A stretch of 64,000 bases of DNA from assembly GCA_021399345.1 (NCBI GenBank), contig JAAFKI010000112.1, positions 128,001 through 192,000 of the forward strand, written 5' to 3'. Position numbers and translations under genes: made by a program. This document shows positions 19,595 to 28,947 of this stretch, piece by piece; positions within the stretch are counted from its first letter, which is position 1; every line of letters starts with the position of its first letter. Under the pieces are notes generated by a model. It worked only from the letters and a program-made list of their open reading frames with translations. It did no database searches and had not been told where the DNA came from. The stretch is from Candidatus Heimdallarchaeota archaeon (GTDB lineage: Archaea > Asgardarchaeota > Heimdallarchaeia > Heimdallarchaeales > Heimdallarchaeaceae).

Positions 19595-20666
19595 CTACCT
19601 TGAATTCCTCTATTATTCCGCGCATTCTAGTGTTTAAATACTTTTCATATTGAGGATAAACTGGCAGTCTCTCTTTTAGCGAAAATCCTGCTAAATTAAG
19701 TTCTTTAATCAAGTATTGTTCTTCTTGCCATATCATGTTTGGATTAATATAATCAATAGTGATTGGAGAGATTCCCCCCACATCGTTTGCTCCATGATTG
19801 ATAGCAGTAATAATTCTCTCTCGATTAAGATTGGGTGGGACTTGAATACTCACTCCAGCTGGAAGAATTTTACGTGCCAAAGCAATGGTTAGAAGAACAT
19901 CTTCTTCCTTAGGTGCAGGATGGTCTGACATAGGAGTATTTTCTTGAGGATTGAAATTTTGAACAATTACTTCTTGAATATGATTATATTTCCTACTTAT
20001 ATCTGCAATTAGTTGGAGAGATTCTATTCTCTCTTGCCATGTTTCTCCAATTCCGACAAGAATTCCCGTTGTAAATGGAATCTTTAATTTTCCAGCATTT
20101 TCTATTGTATTAATTCGTAAGGTTGGGTTCTTACCTGGGGAATTTTGGTGAGGTTTCCCCTCATCCATCAATCTTAAGCTGTGTGTTTCCAGCATCAAAC
20201 CCATGCTCGCGTTTGTTTGCTTTAATAAGTTTAAATCTGAAGAAGACAATACCCCCAAATTGGAGTGAGGTAAAAGATGTTGTTCCAAAGCTACTCCACA
20301 CAAATAATTAACATACTCCACGGTAGTTTGAAAATTTAATGCTTTAAGAAATTTCAATGCTGATTGATATTTTTCCTCTGGTTTTTCACCTAGTGTGATT
20401 AAAACTTCTTTGCAATCCTCAGCTTTAGCTTTCATTATTATTTCATTGTATTCTTTAGGAAGAATCCAAGTATTGGGATCATCTGAAACAAAACTACAAT
20501 AATCACAACGATTACGACATTGATGAGTTACAGGGACAAAGACATTTCGGGAAAATGTAATATGTTTGCCATATTTTCTTTCTCTCTTGGTTTCAGCTTT
20601 ACATATTAATTCATCTTGATCATTTTTGAGCAAATGTAAAAATTCGTCAAAGCTCATCTTACTCAT
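19566..20666 (-). CDS. cofG: FO synthase subunit 1 (radical SAM)
   Basis: ITFSRNVFVPVT, CRNRCDYC, LPHSNLG, SMGLMLE, PFTTGILVGIGE, HIQEVIVQNF, IQVPPNL, GGISPITIDYINP. Confidence 0.92.
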   Translation of the reverse strand: MSKMSFDEFLHLLKNDQDELICKAETKRERKYGKHITFSRNVFVPVTHQCRNRCDYCSFVSDDPNTWILPKEYNEIIMKAKAEDCKEVLITLGEKPEEKYQSALKFLKALNFQTTVEYVNYLCGVALEQHLLPHSNLGVLSSSDLNLLKQTNASMGLMLETHSLRLMDEGKPHQNSPGKNPTLRINTIENAGKLKIPFTTGILVGIGETWQERIESLQLIADISRKYNHIQEVIVQNFNPQENTPMSDHPAPKEEDVLLTIALARKILPAGVSIQVPPNLNRERIITAINHGANDVGGISPITIDYINPNMIWQEEQYLIKELNLAGFSLKERLPVYPQYEKYLNTRMRGIIEEFKVDEKFSTSEN

Positions 20667-21339
20667 CTTTCTTCAGTTTTAGAGTAACTAGATAGCCCTC
20701 ATGTAATTTATTCACAGTCTGTATTTCACAGTTAATTGCGTCTCCAATATTGTGAATAGCTTCTTGTTCGAACAAGAGTTTTGCATTCTTTCCTCCAACA
20801 AAAACTGGGGCATAAAAAATGTGCATGATGTCCACCAATCTATTGGTTAAGAACTGTGTAATCACAGTTGAACCTCCTTCTACCAACAATTTATTAATTC
20901 CAAATTGAGTTTTCAAGATTTTCAATACATCAGCCAAATTCAGATATCTTTTATTTTTTTCGAATTCTACTGAAACTACTTTTGCTCCAAGTTTTCTAAT
21001 CTCATCTTGTTTACTTGCTGAAGATTCCTTGGATGTAACAATAATTGATGGTAATCTTTCTTGGTCCTGAAGAACTTTTGCTGTCAACGGAATTCTGCAG
21101 CTAGTATCCAAAATTGTCCTTAATGGAGCAGGTTCTCTAGGTTTGATTTGTCTAACAGATAACAATGGGTCATCCTTGAGAATTGTATTTACACCAACAA
21201 GTATTGCATCAACTGAGTTTCTTAATTCATGCACTCTTACCCAATCTTCAGTGGTTGATAAAATCAGAGCCCCTTCACTAGAAGCGATAGCACCATCTAA
21301 AGAACTAGCAACATTTACAATTACTTCTGGTCTTTCCAC
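20659..21339 (-). CDS. Monofunctional 2,5-diamino-6-ribosylamino-4(3H)-pyrimidinone 5'-phosphate reductase (RibD-C/Rib7/ArfC type)
   Basis: ASSLDGAIA, VHELRNSVDAILVGVNTILKDDPLL, LLVEGGS; no deaminase domain. Confidence 0.85.
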   Translation of the reverse strand: MERPEVIVNVASSLDGAIASSEGALILSTTEDWVRVHELRNSVDAILVGVNTILKDDPLLSVRQIKPREPAPLRTILDTSCRIPLTAKVLQDQERLPSIIVTSKESSASKQDEIRKLGAKVVSVEFEKNKRYLNLADVLKILKTQFGINKLLVEGGSTVITQFLTNRLVDIMHIFYAPVFVGGKNAKLLFEQEAIHNIGDAINCEIQTVNKLHEGYLVTLKLKKDE

Positions 21340-22478
21340 TTTATCACCTTTCCTTTATACATTTGAAGACGTATATCTGTTTGATCTGCTCGCATAGTAA
21401 TTGCAGAATAAACATCTTTAGAGAAGTTTAGATTGTTACTTTCTAAATCTATTGCAAGAAGGTCTCCACTATAATCAACTTCAAGTTGACCAATTTTCTT
21501 TTTAACTATTAAACCAGGATTAACCGTTACCGATTTTAGAACTTCCTTTGGTGAAAGATTTTGGTTATTACTTCGGGCATTGTAAAGTGTGAAAGCCATA
21601 AGTCTAAATGGATCAGGATTACAGAAAAGAACATTATCAGTTCCAAGACCAAGTAGAATTTTATTTTTTGATATAAGTTCCAAAGGGGGAAACTTCAATC
21701 CGTTATACAAGCTCGAAATAGGACAACAAATAATGTTGATTTTGTTTTTACTTAGAAGCTTGAGTTCTTCTTCTTTTGAATAAGTTGCATGAACAATATA
21801 ATCAAATGATTTGTAGTTTCCAATAATTTCTATATCGCGTTTTCCATATTTTGAGATTGATTCTGCGGTAACTTCTTCTGATTCAGAAGCATGTATTGCA
21901 ACAAGTTTAGATGAATTATTCTCTTTTAATTTTGAAATGAGTTTCAAATCATCTTGAGTAATAGAAAAAATATCTCTGATGCCTAAACCATCACTCACCT
22001 TAATAATTTCCTCTAATGTGTCGTTCTTTGTCTGACGACCTAAAATTATTCCGCGAATTGAGTATCTTTCTAGTTCATCTTTTAGTAATTCAATTCCCTC
22101 TATTCCTTCTTCTCTGAAATCTATGAAAGAAGTATAACCATTTTGTACAAGCATTTCTAGAGAATTCTTTATACTTTTAATTTTCTCCTCCTTGGAGCTA
22201 GTTCTGAATTTAGTATGTTTAACACCTTTTGGACCTACAGCATCTTCTAGATTTAATCCATAGGTTTGATCCTTGAGGAAAGAATCTCCAACATGTGTAT
22301 GACCATTGATAAATCCTGGAATTATAACATAAGAAGGAGGTAAAACATATTCAGTAGGTTTCCGTTCCTTGGAAATATTTACTATTATTCCTTCACTATC
22401 AATATGGATACTGACATTTTGAACAAATGTCAAATCAGAGCCTATTAGCGCATTTCCACGTACTGAAACCATTTTCAA
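21321..22478 (-). CDS. Amidohydrolase-superfamily metallo-deaminase (start probably ~22472)
   Basis: PGFINGHTHVGD, IHASE, VHAT, CPISS, LGTDN metal-binding motifs; overlaps the reductase gene. Confidence 0.8.
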   Translation of the reverse strand: MKMVSVRGNALIGSDLTFVQNVSIHIDSEGIIVNISKERKPTEYVLPPSYVIIPGFINGHTHVGDSFLKDQTYGLNLEDAVGPKGVKHTKFRTSSKEEKIKSIKNSLEMLVQNGYTSFIDFREEGIEGIELLKDELERYSIRGIILGRQTKNDTLEEIIKVSDGLGIRDIFSITQDDLKLISKLKENNSSKLVAIHASESEEVTAESISKYGKRDIEIIGNYKSFDYIVHATYSKEEELKLLSKNKINIICCPISSLYNGLKFPPLELISKNKILLGLGTDNVLFCNPDPFRLMAFTLYNARSNNQNLSPKEVLKSVTVNPGLIVKKKIGQLEVDYSGDLLAIDLESNNLNFSKDVYSAITMRADQTDIRLQMYKGKVIKWKDQK

Positions 22479-22595
22479 GGGAGCGAGAGTATTTCAAGCT
22501 AATAAAGTCTTTGTAGAAATTAAAAAACATAAGAATCACTAAACTTATAATTCAACCTTTTGAAATTAGCCTCAAGGCACAATTATGTGATAAAA

Positions 22596-24827
22596 ATGGT
22601 TCGAGTTAAGAATCCAGACGAAATTAGAGACATGATCAAGAATCACCCCATGGAATTAAGAAGAGTCTTTACCATAGCAGCTCATATTGATCATGGAAAA
22701 ACTACAACAAGTGATTATCTTCTTCGAAAAGCAGGTTTGATGTCAGATGCAGATGCTGGTAAAAAGGTAATGATGGACAGCGATGAAGAGGAACAAGAAA
22801 GAGGTATTACTATCTTCACATCTGTTGTTTTGTTGAACTATGAATATGAGAATAAAGATGGAGATTCAAATTCCTATCTCTTTGAAATTAACGATACACC
22901 TGGTCACATTAGTTTTACAGGCGAGGTAAGTAGAGCTCTTCGTGGTTCAGATGGTGTTATTCTGTTAGTGGACGCTCTTGAAGGCGTAATGACACAAACT
23001 GAAACAAATATCAGATTAAGTTTAAACGAAAAGTGTAAACCTGTTCTTTTCATCAATAAAGTTGACAGGTTAATATCAGAGTTGAGATTAGCACCAGGAG
23101 ATGTATTCCAGAAAATTGATAACATCCTCAATGGTGTTAATAAATTGATCAGAGATAATGCTCCTGAAGGGTTAGGAAAGGCTTGGCAAGTATCCTTTAA
23201 AGATGGTTCTGTTTCAGTAGGAAGTGCAAAAGATGGTTGGGCATTCAACATGTCTACCCTACAAAGATTGCAGATAAAACCCCAAGATGTTTTTGCAAAA
23301 TACGATGTAGATGATAAAGATTGGTTAAAAGAAAATCTTCCATTAGAAGAACCTTTACTTGAAATGGTAATAGAACATCTTCCAAATCCAATTGAAGGAC
23401 AAAAAATGAAAATACCGGCGATTTGGGGTGGAGATTTAACCAGTCCAGAAGGCCAAGCACTAATGAATTGTGACCGAGATGGTCCATTAATGGGAATGAT
23501 CACAAAAATCTTCATTGAACCAAAGTCTAAAAGACCAACACTAATTGGAAGAGTTTTCTCTGGCACTTTAAGAAGTTCAGATAGTCTATATCTTGTTGGT
23601 AAAAAAACATCAGCTAGAATTAAACGTCTAGGTGTGATGGAAATTACGGACATTTTAGATGTTGATGAAGTTCCAGCAGGAAATCTATTCGCTATTTACG
23701 GTTTTATAACACCAGCTGGTGAAACTTTTATCCGTGAGGAAGACAAAGGTAAATTTGTTCCATTCGAAGAAATCTCTTATGTAGCTGAACCTGTTGTTAG
23801 TAGAACCATAAAACCAAAAGATCCACAAGATATTGCTAAACTAGGTGAAGTTGTTTCCAAATGGATTATGGCTGATCCGACAGCAGCATTCAGACACGAT
23901 CAAGAATCTAAAACATATGTTCTATCAGGAATAGATCCTCTTCAGATTGAAATTTTAGTAACCAGAATTCGAGATCAAGTAGCTATTGAAGTAAGTGATC
24001 CTATCATCGTCTATAGAGAAGTACCAACTAAAGCAGGAGTTACTGTCCATGCTAAATCACCAAACGGACATAATAGGCTAATGCTTCACATTCAACCTTT
24101 GAACCAAGCTACTATTGATCTAATCAAATCAGGAAAAGTAAATAACGATCAAGATAGAAGAGATAGGGCAATGATTCTTCAACAGGATGGTGGTTGGGAA
24201 GCTAAAAGAGCTAGAAGGATTTGGTACATTAAAGATTCAAACATGATTATTGATGCAACCACTGGTGTTCAAAGGCTTGACAATATTAAAGCCTACATTA
24301 TTCAGGTTTTCGAAGATTTCTGTGAAGGAGCTACTTTGGCCAAAGAACCATTAATGGGTTCATTGTTTACTATTACAGATGCAACTGTTCACGTTGATCC
24401 AGCTCATACAGGTTTTACTGAAATATTCCAAATGTGTTTAGCAGCGTATCATACAACATTTCTAACCAGTGATCCTCAAATACTTGAACCAATGCTCATA
24501 ATTGATATTAAAGTTCCTTCAGATTATGTAGGAAACATGTCTAAAGTAATAACACAACATAGAGGGATTATTCTAGATATGATACAAGAAGGAGACAACA
24601 CTAGAATACGAGGAAAAGTTCCAACAGCAGAAACTATTGATCTTGCAGATGAAATACGTGGAAGCAGTTCAGGTCGAGCTTTCTTTGGTTATGAATTTAC
24701 AGGATTCGAACGTGTTCCAGTAAATCTTGAAACAGAGATTATTGAATCAATTCGTACTCGTAAAGAATTATCTCCTCAAACTCCAGATGTTTCAAATTGG
24801 GAACGTTTCATGTATAAACGAACCTAA
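22596..24827 (+). CDS. Elongation factor 2 family GTPase, divergent (probably the Asgard paralogue aEF-2p)
   Basis: AHIDHGKTT, ERGITI, DTPGH, NKVD and EF-2 domains II-V; diphthamide loop reads HVDPAHTG; ATG at 22596 behind a GTGA SD. Confidence 0.85.
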   Translation: MVRVKNPDEIRDMIKNHPMELRRVFTIAAHIDHGKTTTSDYLLRKAGLMSDADAGKKVMMDSDEEEQERGITIFTSVVLLNYEYENKDGDSNSYLFEINDTPGHISFTGEVSRALRGSDGVILLVDALEGVMTQTETNIRLSLNEKCKPVLFINKVDRLISELRLAPGDVFQKIDNILNGVNKLIRDNAPEGLGKAWQVSFKDGSVSVGSAKDGWAFNMSTLQRLQIKPQDVFAKYDVDDKDWLKENLPLEEPLLEMVIEHLPNPIEGQKMKIPAIWGGDLTSPEGQALMNCDRDGPLMGMITKIFIEPKSKRPTLIGRVFSGTLRSSDSLYLVGKKTSARIKRLGVMEITDILDVDEVPAGNLFAIYGFITPAGETFIREEDKGKFVPFEEISYVAEPVVSRTIKPKDPQDIAKLGEVVSKWIMADPTAAFRHDQESKTYVLSGIDPLQIEILVTRIRDQVAIEVSDPIIVYREVPTKAGVTVHAKSPNGHNRLMLHIQPLNQATIDLIKSGKVNNDQDRRDRAMILQQDGGWEAKRARRIWYIKDSNMIIDATTGVQRLDNIKAYIIQVFEDFCEGATLAKEPLMGSLFTITDATVHVDPAHTGFTEIFQMCLAAYHTTFLTSDPQILEPMLIIDIKVPSDYVGNMSKVITQHRGIILDMIQEGDNTRIRGKVPTAETIDLADEIRGSSSGRAFFGYEFTGFERVPVNLETEIIESIRTRKELSPQTPDVSNWERFMYKRT

Positions 24828-24829
24828 AT

Positions 24830-24900
24830 TCCTTTTTCTAATTTTTCTTTCTTTTTATTTACTTTAAAAAGTGCTTTTTCATATTAAAAAAAGAAATTGA
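24830..24900. terminator. Bidirectional T-tract/A-tract terminator between convergent genes
   Basis: Runs such as tttttctaatttttctttctttttattt followed by aaaaaaagaaa between the EF-2 stop and the 24933 stop. Confidence 0.5.
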
Positions 24901-24932
24901 AAAGAGTAAAAGGAAGAATTGAGTGAAGATTT

Positions 24933-26444
24933 TTATTCTTCTTCCCCTTCTCCAAATTCTGTAGTTAATTGTTCATAGAAAGTATCTTCTTCAGATATTG
25001 GCTCAAGTTCACCTTCTGTTATAACTCCTGGTAGCTCTTCTTCCATAAACTCTTGATCTTCAAGCATTGGATCAATTGCATCCTCAAACCTTGATGAGAA
25101 TCTTTCCTGAATATATCCAATTAAAGAGGTCAAAAGTAATACGATGACAACTATCGGAATTAGTAATAAAACTACACCTTCTGGTTGAAGCATTTCTAGA
25201 GAATTGTATATTGAAGGCGGATATCGGAGAATGAACAATAGTATATCTGGATTTAAAATGACATACAATCCACCTAACATAATTAGCACTCTAAAAAGCA
25301 CTGATGTAAGAACATAGACTATAGTCATTAAAGGTTTAATAGTAACTGCAGCACCAACTAATTTTTCGTCAACTCTTGGATCACTATGAACAAGTCCATC
25401 ATGATATCTTTGCAGTCGAGATGTAAGTTTATCTTGTTGACCGCCTGGTCTTGCAAACAGAGAATCCGAAGCTTTCTCCAAGAAGTAAGTCATACCGGAA
25501 ACACCAAATTTTCTTGCGATCGAACTACCTGTTGCTCCTATGGATTGACCAGCTTTTTTCTCTTCTTCATCTTCTTCAGTTTCTGCAGCAAGTATTGGAC
25601 TTGGAGTCGGAGCTCCTGTAATACCTAATCTGAACTCGCTCAACCTATCAAGTGCTCTTAGTACTCTTTGCTGCCTGCTCTGCGCTGGGTTCAATATATG
25701 AGAAATATATGAGATTTGTAACGATATTTCTAAGAATAAATACGACGATAAAGCGATTAATACTACATCATTCGTGAAAAGCTCTCCTATATTCTTTGTA
25801 GGTGAAAATCTGAAATTGCTCTTGAATAGATGTTTTGCACTTCCGTAAAAGACAATAAATTGTATACTTACAAAAGCTGTAGCAGCTGAACGCATATCAG
25901 CTTTGAATAAAAATGCTACCAATGCAATTCCTAATAGGATAACAAAGAACATCAGAATTGATGCTCTGAATATAGCTTTAAGTGGATAGATAGCATTCAT
26001 TTCAAAGAGCTCCCCAAATGGAGAGAATAAATCTGTAGGATCTACCCCAAAGAGTACATCACTATCGATTTCACCTGGAGGTTGAACATTATTAAATAAA
26101 TCACCTGTTAGAAAAGCTCGCGCACCATATAATATTGCCCCCGCATCACTAGATGAAAAAGCTAAAAATATCATTAAAGGTGCAGTGAAAATAATCAGAG
26201 CTATGAGTTCGAGGATTATAAACAGGAATGATAGAGCATCTAACAAATGCCCATCTGGAAATAATGCAGGATTAGCAAAATCAATTAGAGTAAACAGTTC
26301 TACACCGACCCAAACTATAGCACCGATGGCGATTAATCTGCCAATTAGATGAGTTAAAAGGGTCTGAGTTCTTGCTCCTCTTATTCTACTTTGTACTCCT
26401 CTTATTCCCAAGTCAATTATTCTTGTATCTGATAAAGATTCCAT
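24933..26444 (-). CDS. Polytopic membrane protein, last gene of MoxR operon A, acidic C-tail
   Basis: ATG at 26444 behind GGGTGA; about 7 TM helices, a cytoplasmic insert and an E/D-rich tail. Confidence 0.75.
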   Translation of the reverse strand: MESLSDTRIIDLGIRGVQSRIRGARTQTLLTHLIGRLIAIGAIVWVGVELFTLIDFANPALFPDGHLLDALSFLFIILELIALIIFTAPLMIFLAFSSSDAGAILYGARAFLTGDLFNNVQPPGEIDSDVLFGVDPTDLFSPFGELFEMNAIYPLKAIFRASILMFFVILLGIALVAFLFKADMRSAATAFVSIQFIVFYGSAKHLFKSNFRFSPTKNIGELFTNDVVLIALSSYLFLEISLQISYISHILNPAQSRQQRVLRALDRLSEFRLGITGAPTPSPILAAETEEDEEEKKAGQSIGATGSSIARKFGVSGMTYFLEKASDSLFARPGGQQDKLTSRLQRYHDGLVHSDPRVDEKLVGAAVTIKPLMTIVYVLTSVLFRVLIMLGGLYVILNPDILLFILRYPPSIYNSLEMLQPEGVVLLLIPIVVIVLLLTSLIGYIQERFSSRFEDAIDPMLEDQEFMEEELPGVITEGELEPISEEDTFYEQLTTEFGEGEEE

Positions 26445-26451
26445 ACTTTTG

Positions 26452-27900
26452 TCACCCTTGTCTTTGCATCCTGTTAAACTGAGCCATAATTGTTGGTAGA
26501 AAATCATCTGGTCCTACTGAAATAGAAACAGAATCGTACCTTCTCAGTAATTTAAACATGTTCTGTCTTTCTCCTAACTGCTTTTCGACCATTGCATGAC
26601 CAATCATCTGTTCCACTGGAGATAATTGTTGAGAAACAATCTCAAACCAAGGACCAAATGGCGAAATAACGGTTATATTGTGTTTCTGTGCTCTAGCACG
26701 TCTAACAGCTTTCACCAAACGATCGGGATGTGATTCAAGATCAGTTAGAATCACTATATAGGAGGATCTTTTTACTCTTTGAAGTAGGTAGTTTATAGCA
26801 ACTTCAAGATCTGCTTCTCCTTCAGGTTTAGCATAAGCCAAAGCTTCTAGAAATTGGAATAATCTAGTTCGTGTTGAAGTTACATCGATCCAATTCCGAA
26901 CTTTATCGTTATATATACACATCCCAACTAAGTCTTTCTTCTCGAAAGCAAGATGTATTAGTAAAACTGCACTGCGGATTGCATATTCTAGTTTTGTGTT
27001 CCGTGGTAAACCAGCACCCATACTAGCGGAGGAATCTATCAAAACCAGCAAACGGATATTTTCTTCAGATTCAAACTCACGAACCATCATCTTACCAGAA
27101 CGTGAAAAAGCTTTCCAGTCGATGAATTTGAAAGGATCACCAGTTTGATACTTGCGAATACCCCAGAAATCAGATCCCATTCCTTTGAGTTTGGTTCTAT
27201 GGAACCCAAATAGCAATCCAAGTTGCCTCTTCTTACCTACCATATCTAGTTTCTTAATATCCTCATAACTTGGATAAACTAGAATTTCTGTTTTAGATTT
27301 AATTTCACCTTCTGTTGCATAGAAACCCATTCTATCTCTAATTATTACTTTTGTAGGACCGATTTCGAAAAGTCCTCTAATGGGAATTCGAACTACATAT
27401 CCATATGAGATGGTTTGTCTTGGATTAAGTTGCGTTACGATGAAATTTTCTCCAAGAATCAAATCGAAAACTTCTGGTATGGCATCATAGATTTCAATAG
27501 CTGGCAGTTGATTAACTGATTTGTTTCTGGCAGTTACTTCGATATAGACATAATCACCAGCAAAAGCTTTTGGTTTGGACACTCGTCTCTTAATTTCTAT
27601 TGATTTAGGATTAGAGCCCAACCTGTAGAAAGGCAAACCCAATAGAACTGAAAAGATAAGCATCACTCCACCGATAATGAAGAACCAGATGAGAGTTCCT
27701 TGACTATCTACATAAAAATGAAGGAAATCCATAACTCCAAAACCCTCAGGATCTGGGATGAAATCTGGATCATCTATTTGTGGGTTAAAACCAAACGAGT
27801 CAAGCATCACATTGAGTGATAAATATCCCGCTAGTGCAAAGCCTGCGCTAATCATGATGATTCCAGCAAAGATTAGCCAGCCACCTCGGCGAGTAAACAA
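26452..27900 (-). CDS. DUF58/vWA protein (operon A)
   Basis: 2 N-terminal TM; GSDFWGIRKYQTGD..IDWKA..MMVREFE; MIDAS DSSAS; ILTDLE. Confidence 0.9.
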   Translation of the reverse strand: MFTRRGGWLIFAGIIMISAGFALAGYLSLNVMLDSFGFNPQIDDPDFIPDPEGFGVMDFLHFYVDSQGTLIWFFIIGGVMLIFSVLLGLPFYRLGSNPKSIEIKRRVSKPKAFAGDYVYIEVTARNKSVNQLPAIEIYDAIPEVFDLILGENFIVTQLNPRQTISYGYVVRIPIRGLFEIGPTKVIIRDRMGFYATEGEIKSKTEILVYPSYEDIKKLDMVGKKRQLGLLFGFHRTKLKGMGSDFWGIRKYQTGDPFKFIDWKAFSRSGKMMVREFESEENIRLLVLIDSSASMGAGLPRNTKLEYAIRSAVLLIHLAFEKKDLVGMCIYNDKVRNWIDVTSTRTRLFQFLEALAYAKPEGEADLEVAINYLLQRVKRSSYIVILTDLESHPDRLVKAVRRARAQKHNITVISPFGPWFEIVSQQLSPVEQMIGHAMVEKQLGERQNMFKLLRRYDSVSISVGPDDFLPTIMAQFNRMQRQG

Positions 27901-27923
27901 TATTTTCCACCTAGTTTTTGATT

Positions 27924-28925
27924 CTATACGGGTACTGGTAGATTTCTCAATATTTCATTGACAACCATTGTACCAGTTGTTCCTTCTAATTCTGCTTCTG
28001 GTTTCATCATTAACCTGTGTGCGGAAGCTACTCTTGCAATACGTTTGATATCGTCAGGAATAACATAATCTCGACCACGCATTGCAGCAACGGATTTAGC
28101 AGCATTTAACAAAGCAATACTACAACGAGGACTACCTCCAAGAGAAAGTCTGGGATCGGTTCGGGTTGAGACGGTCAGGTCTTTGATGTACTCCATAAGA
28201 TCCTCATGGATGTAAATTCTAGACTCAACGGTTTCTTTCATCTTGACAATAGTCATGGGAGTGGTAACTCGTCTGACGGTTTCTCGAACCTGACTGTGTT
28301 TCAACTTAATGATATCCATCTCTTCTTCAGGGGAAGGCAAGTCAACTAGCAGTTTGAACATAAAACGATCAACTTGAGCCTCAGGTAAAGGATACGTCCC
28401 TTCTTGCTCGATGGGATTCTGAGTTGCTATAACCAAAAATGGATCGTCCAGTTTGAATGTTGTTCCTTCTACTGTCACTTGTTTTTCTGCCATTGCTTCC
28501 AATAGAGCTGCTTGTGTCTTTGGCGGACTTCTATTTATTTCGTCTGCTAGAAGTATGTTTGTGAATATTGGTCCTTTTCTCATCTTGAAAGTCCCTGCTT
28601 TTGGATCATATATTGTTGTTCCAACCACATCTGATGGTAGTAAATCTGGAGTGAATTGCACTCTTTTAAACTCACACCCTAGTGTTTGAGCAAACGATTT
28701 CGCCATCACTGTTTTAGCTATTCCTGGAACACCTTCTAACAAAGCGTGTCCTCCTCCAAGTAGCGAGATGAACATATCTTCTAGCACATCCAGTTTTCCA
28801 ATGATCACTCTAGCTAGTTCGTTGTATATTTCATCCCATACTCTCTTTACGTCTTTTGGAGTTACAACTGCTTCAGTAGCTGCTTTCGCTTTTCCTTTTA
28901 CTTCTTCATTTTTTTCTTCACTCAT
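27924..28925 (-). CDS. moxR: MoxR-family AAA+ ATPase (operon A)
   Basis: LLEGVPGIAKT, RVQFTPDLLPSD, LLADEINRSPPKTQAALLEAM, ATQNPIEQEGTYPLPEAQVDRF, GGSPR, VIPDD. Confidence 0.95.
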   Translation of the reverse strand: MSEEKNEEVKGKAKAATEAVVTPKDVKRVWDEIYNELARVIIGKLDVLEDMFISLLGGGHALLEGVPGIAKTVMAKSFAQTLGCEFKRVQFTPDLLPSDVVGTTIYDPKAGTFKMRKGPIFTNILLADEINRSPPKTQAALLEAMAEKQVTVEGTTFKLDDPFLVIATQNPIEQEGTYPLPEAQVDRFMFKLLVDLPSPEEEMDIIKLKHSQVRETVRRVTTPMTIVKMKETVESRIYIHEDLMEYIKDLTVSTRTDPRLSLGGSPRCSIALLNAAKSVAAMRGRDYVIPDDIKRIARVASAHRLMMKPEAELEGTTGTMVVNEILRNLPVPV

Positions 28926-28947
28926 TTTTTTCACTTTTCCTTTTTAA

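Noticed and set aside
22904-23653. 249-aa ORF antisense to EF-2, plus the many other 60-120 aa antisense ORFs in the track
   Set aside because: They are shadows of well-supported genes on the opposite strand and have no recognisable motifs.
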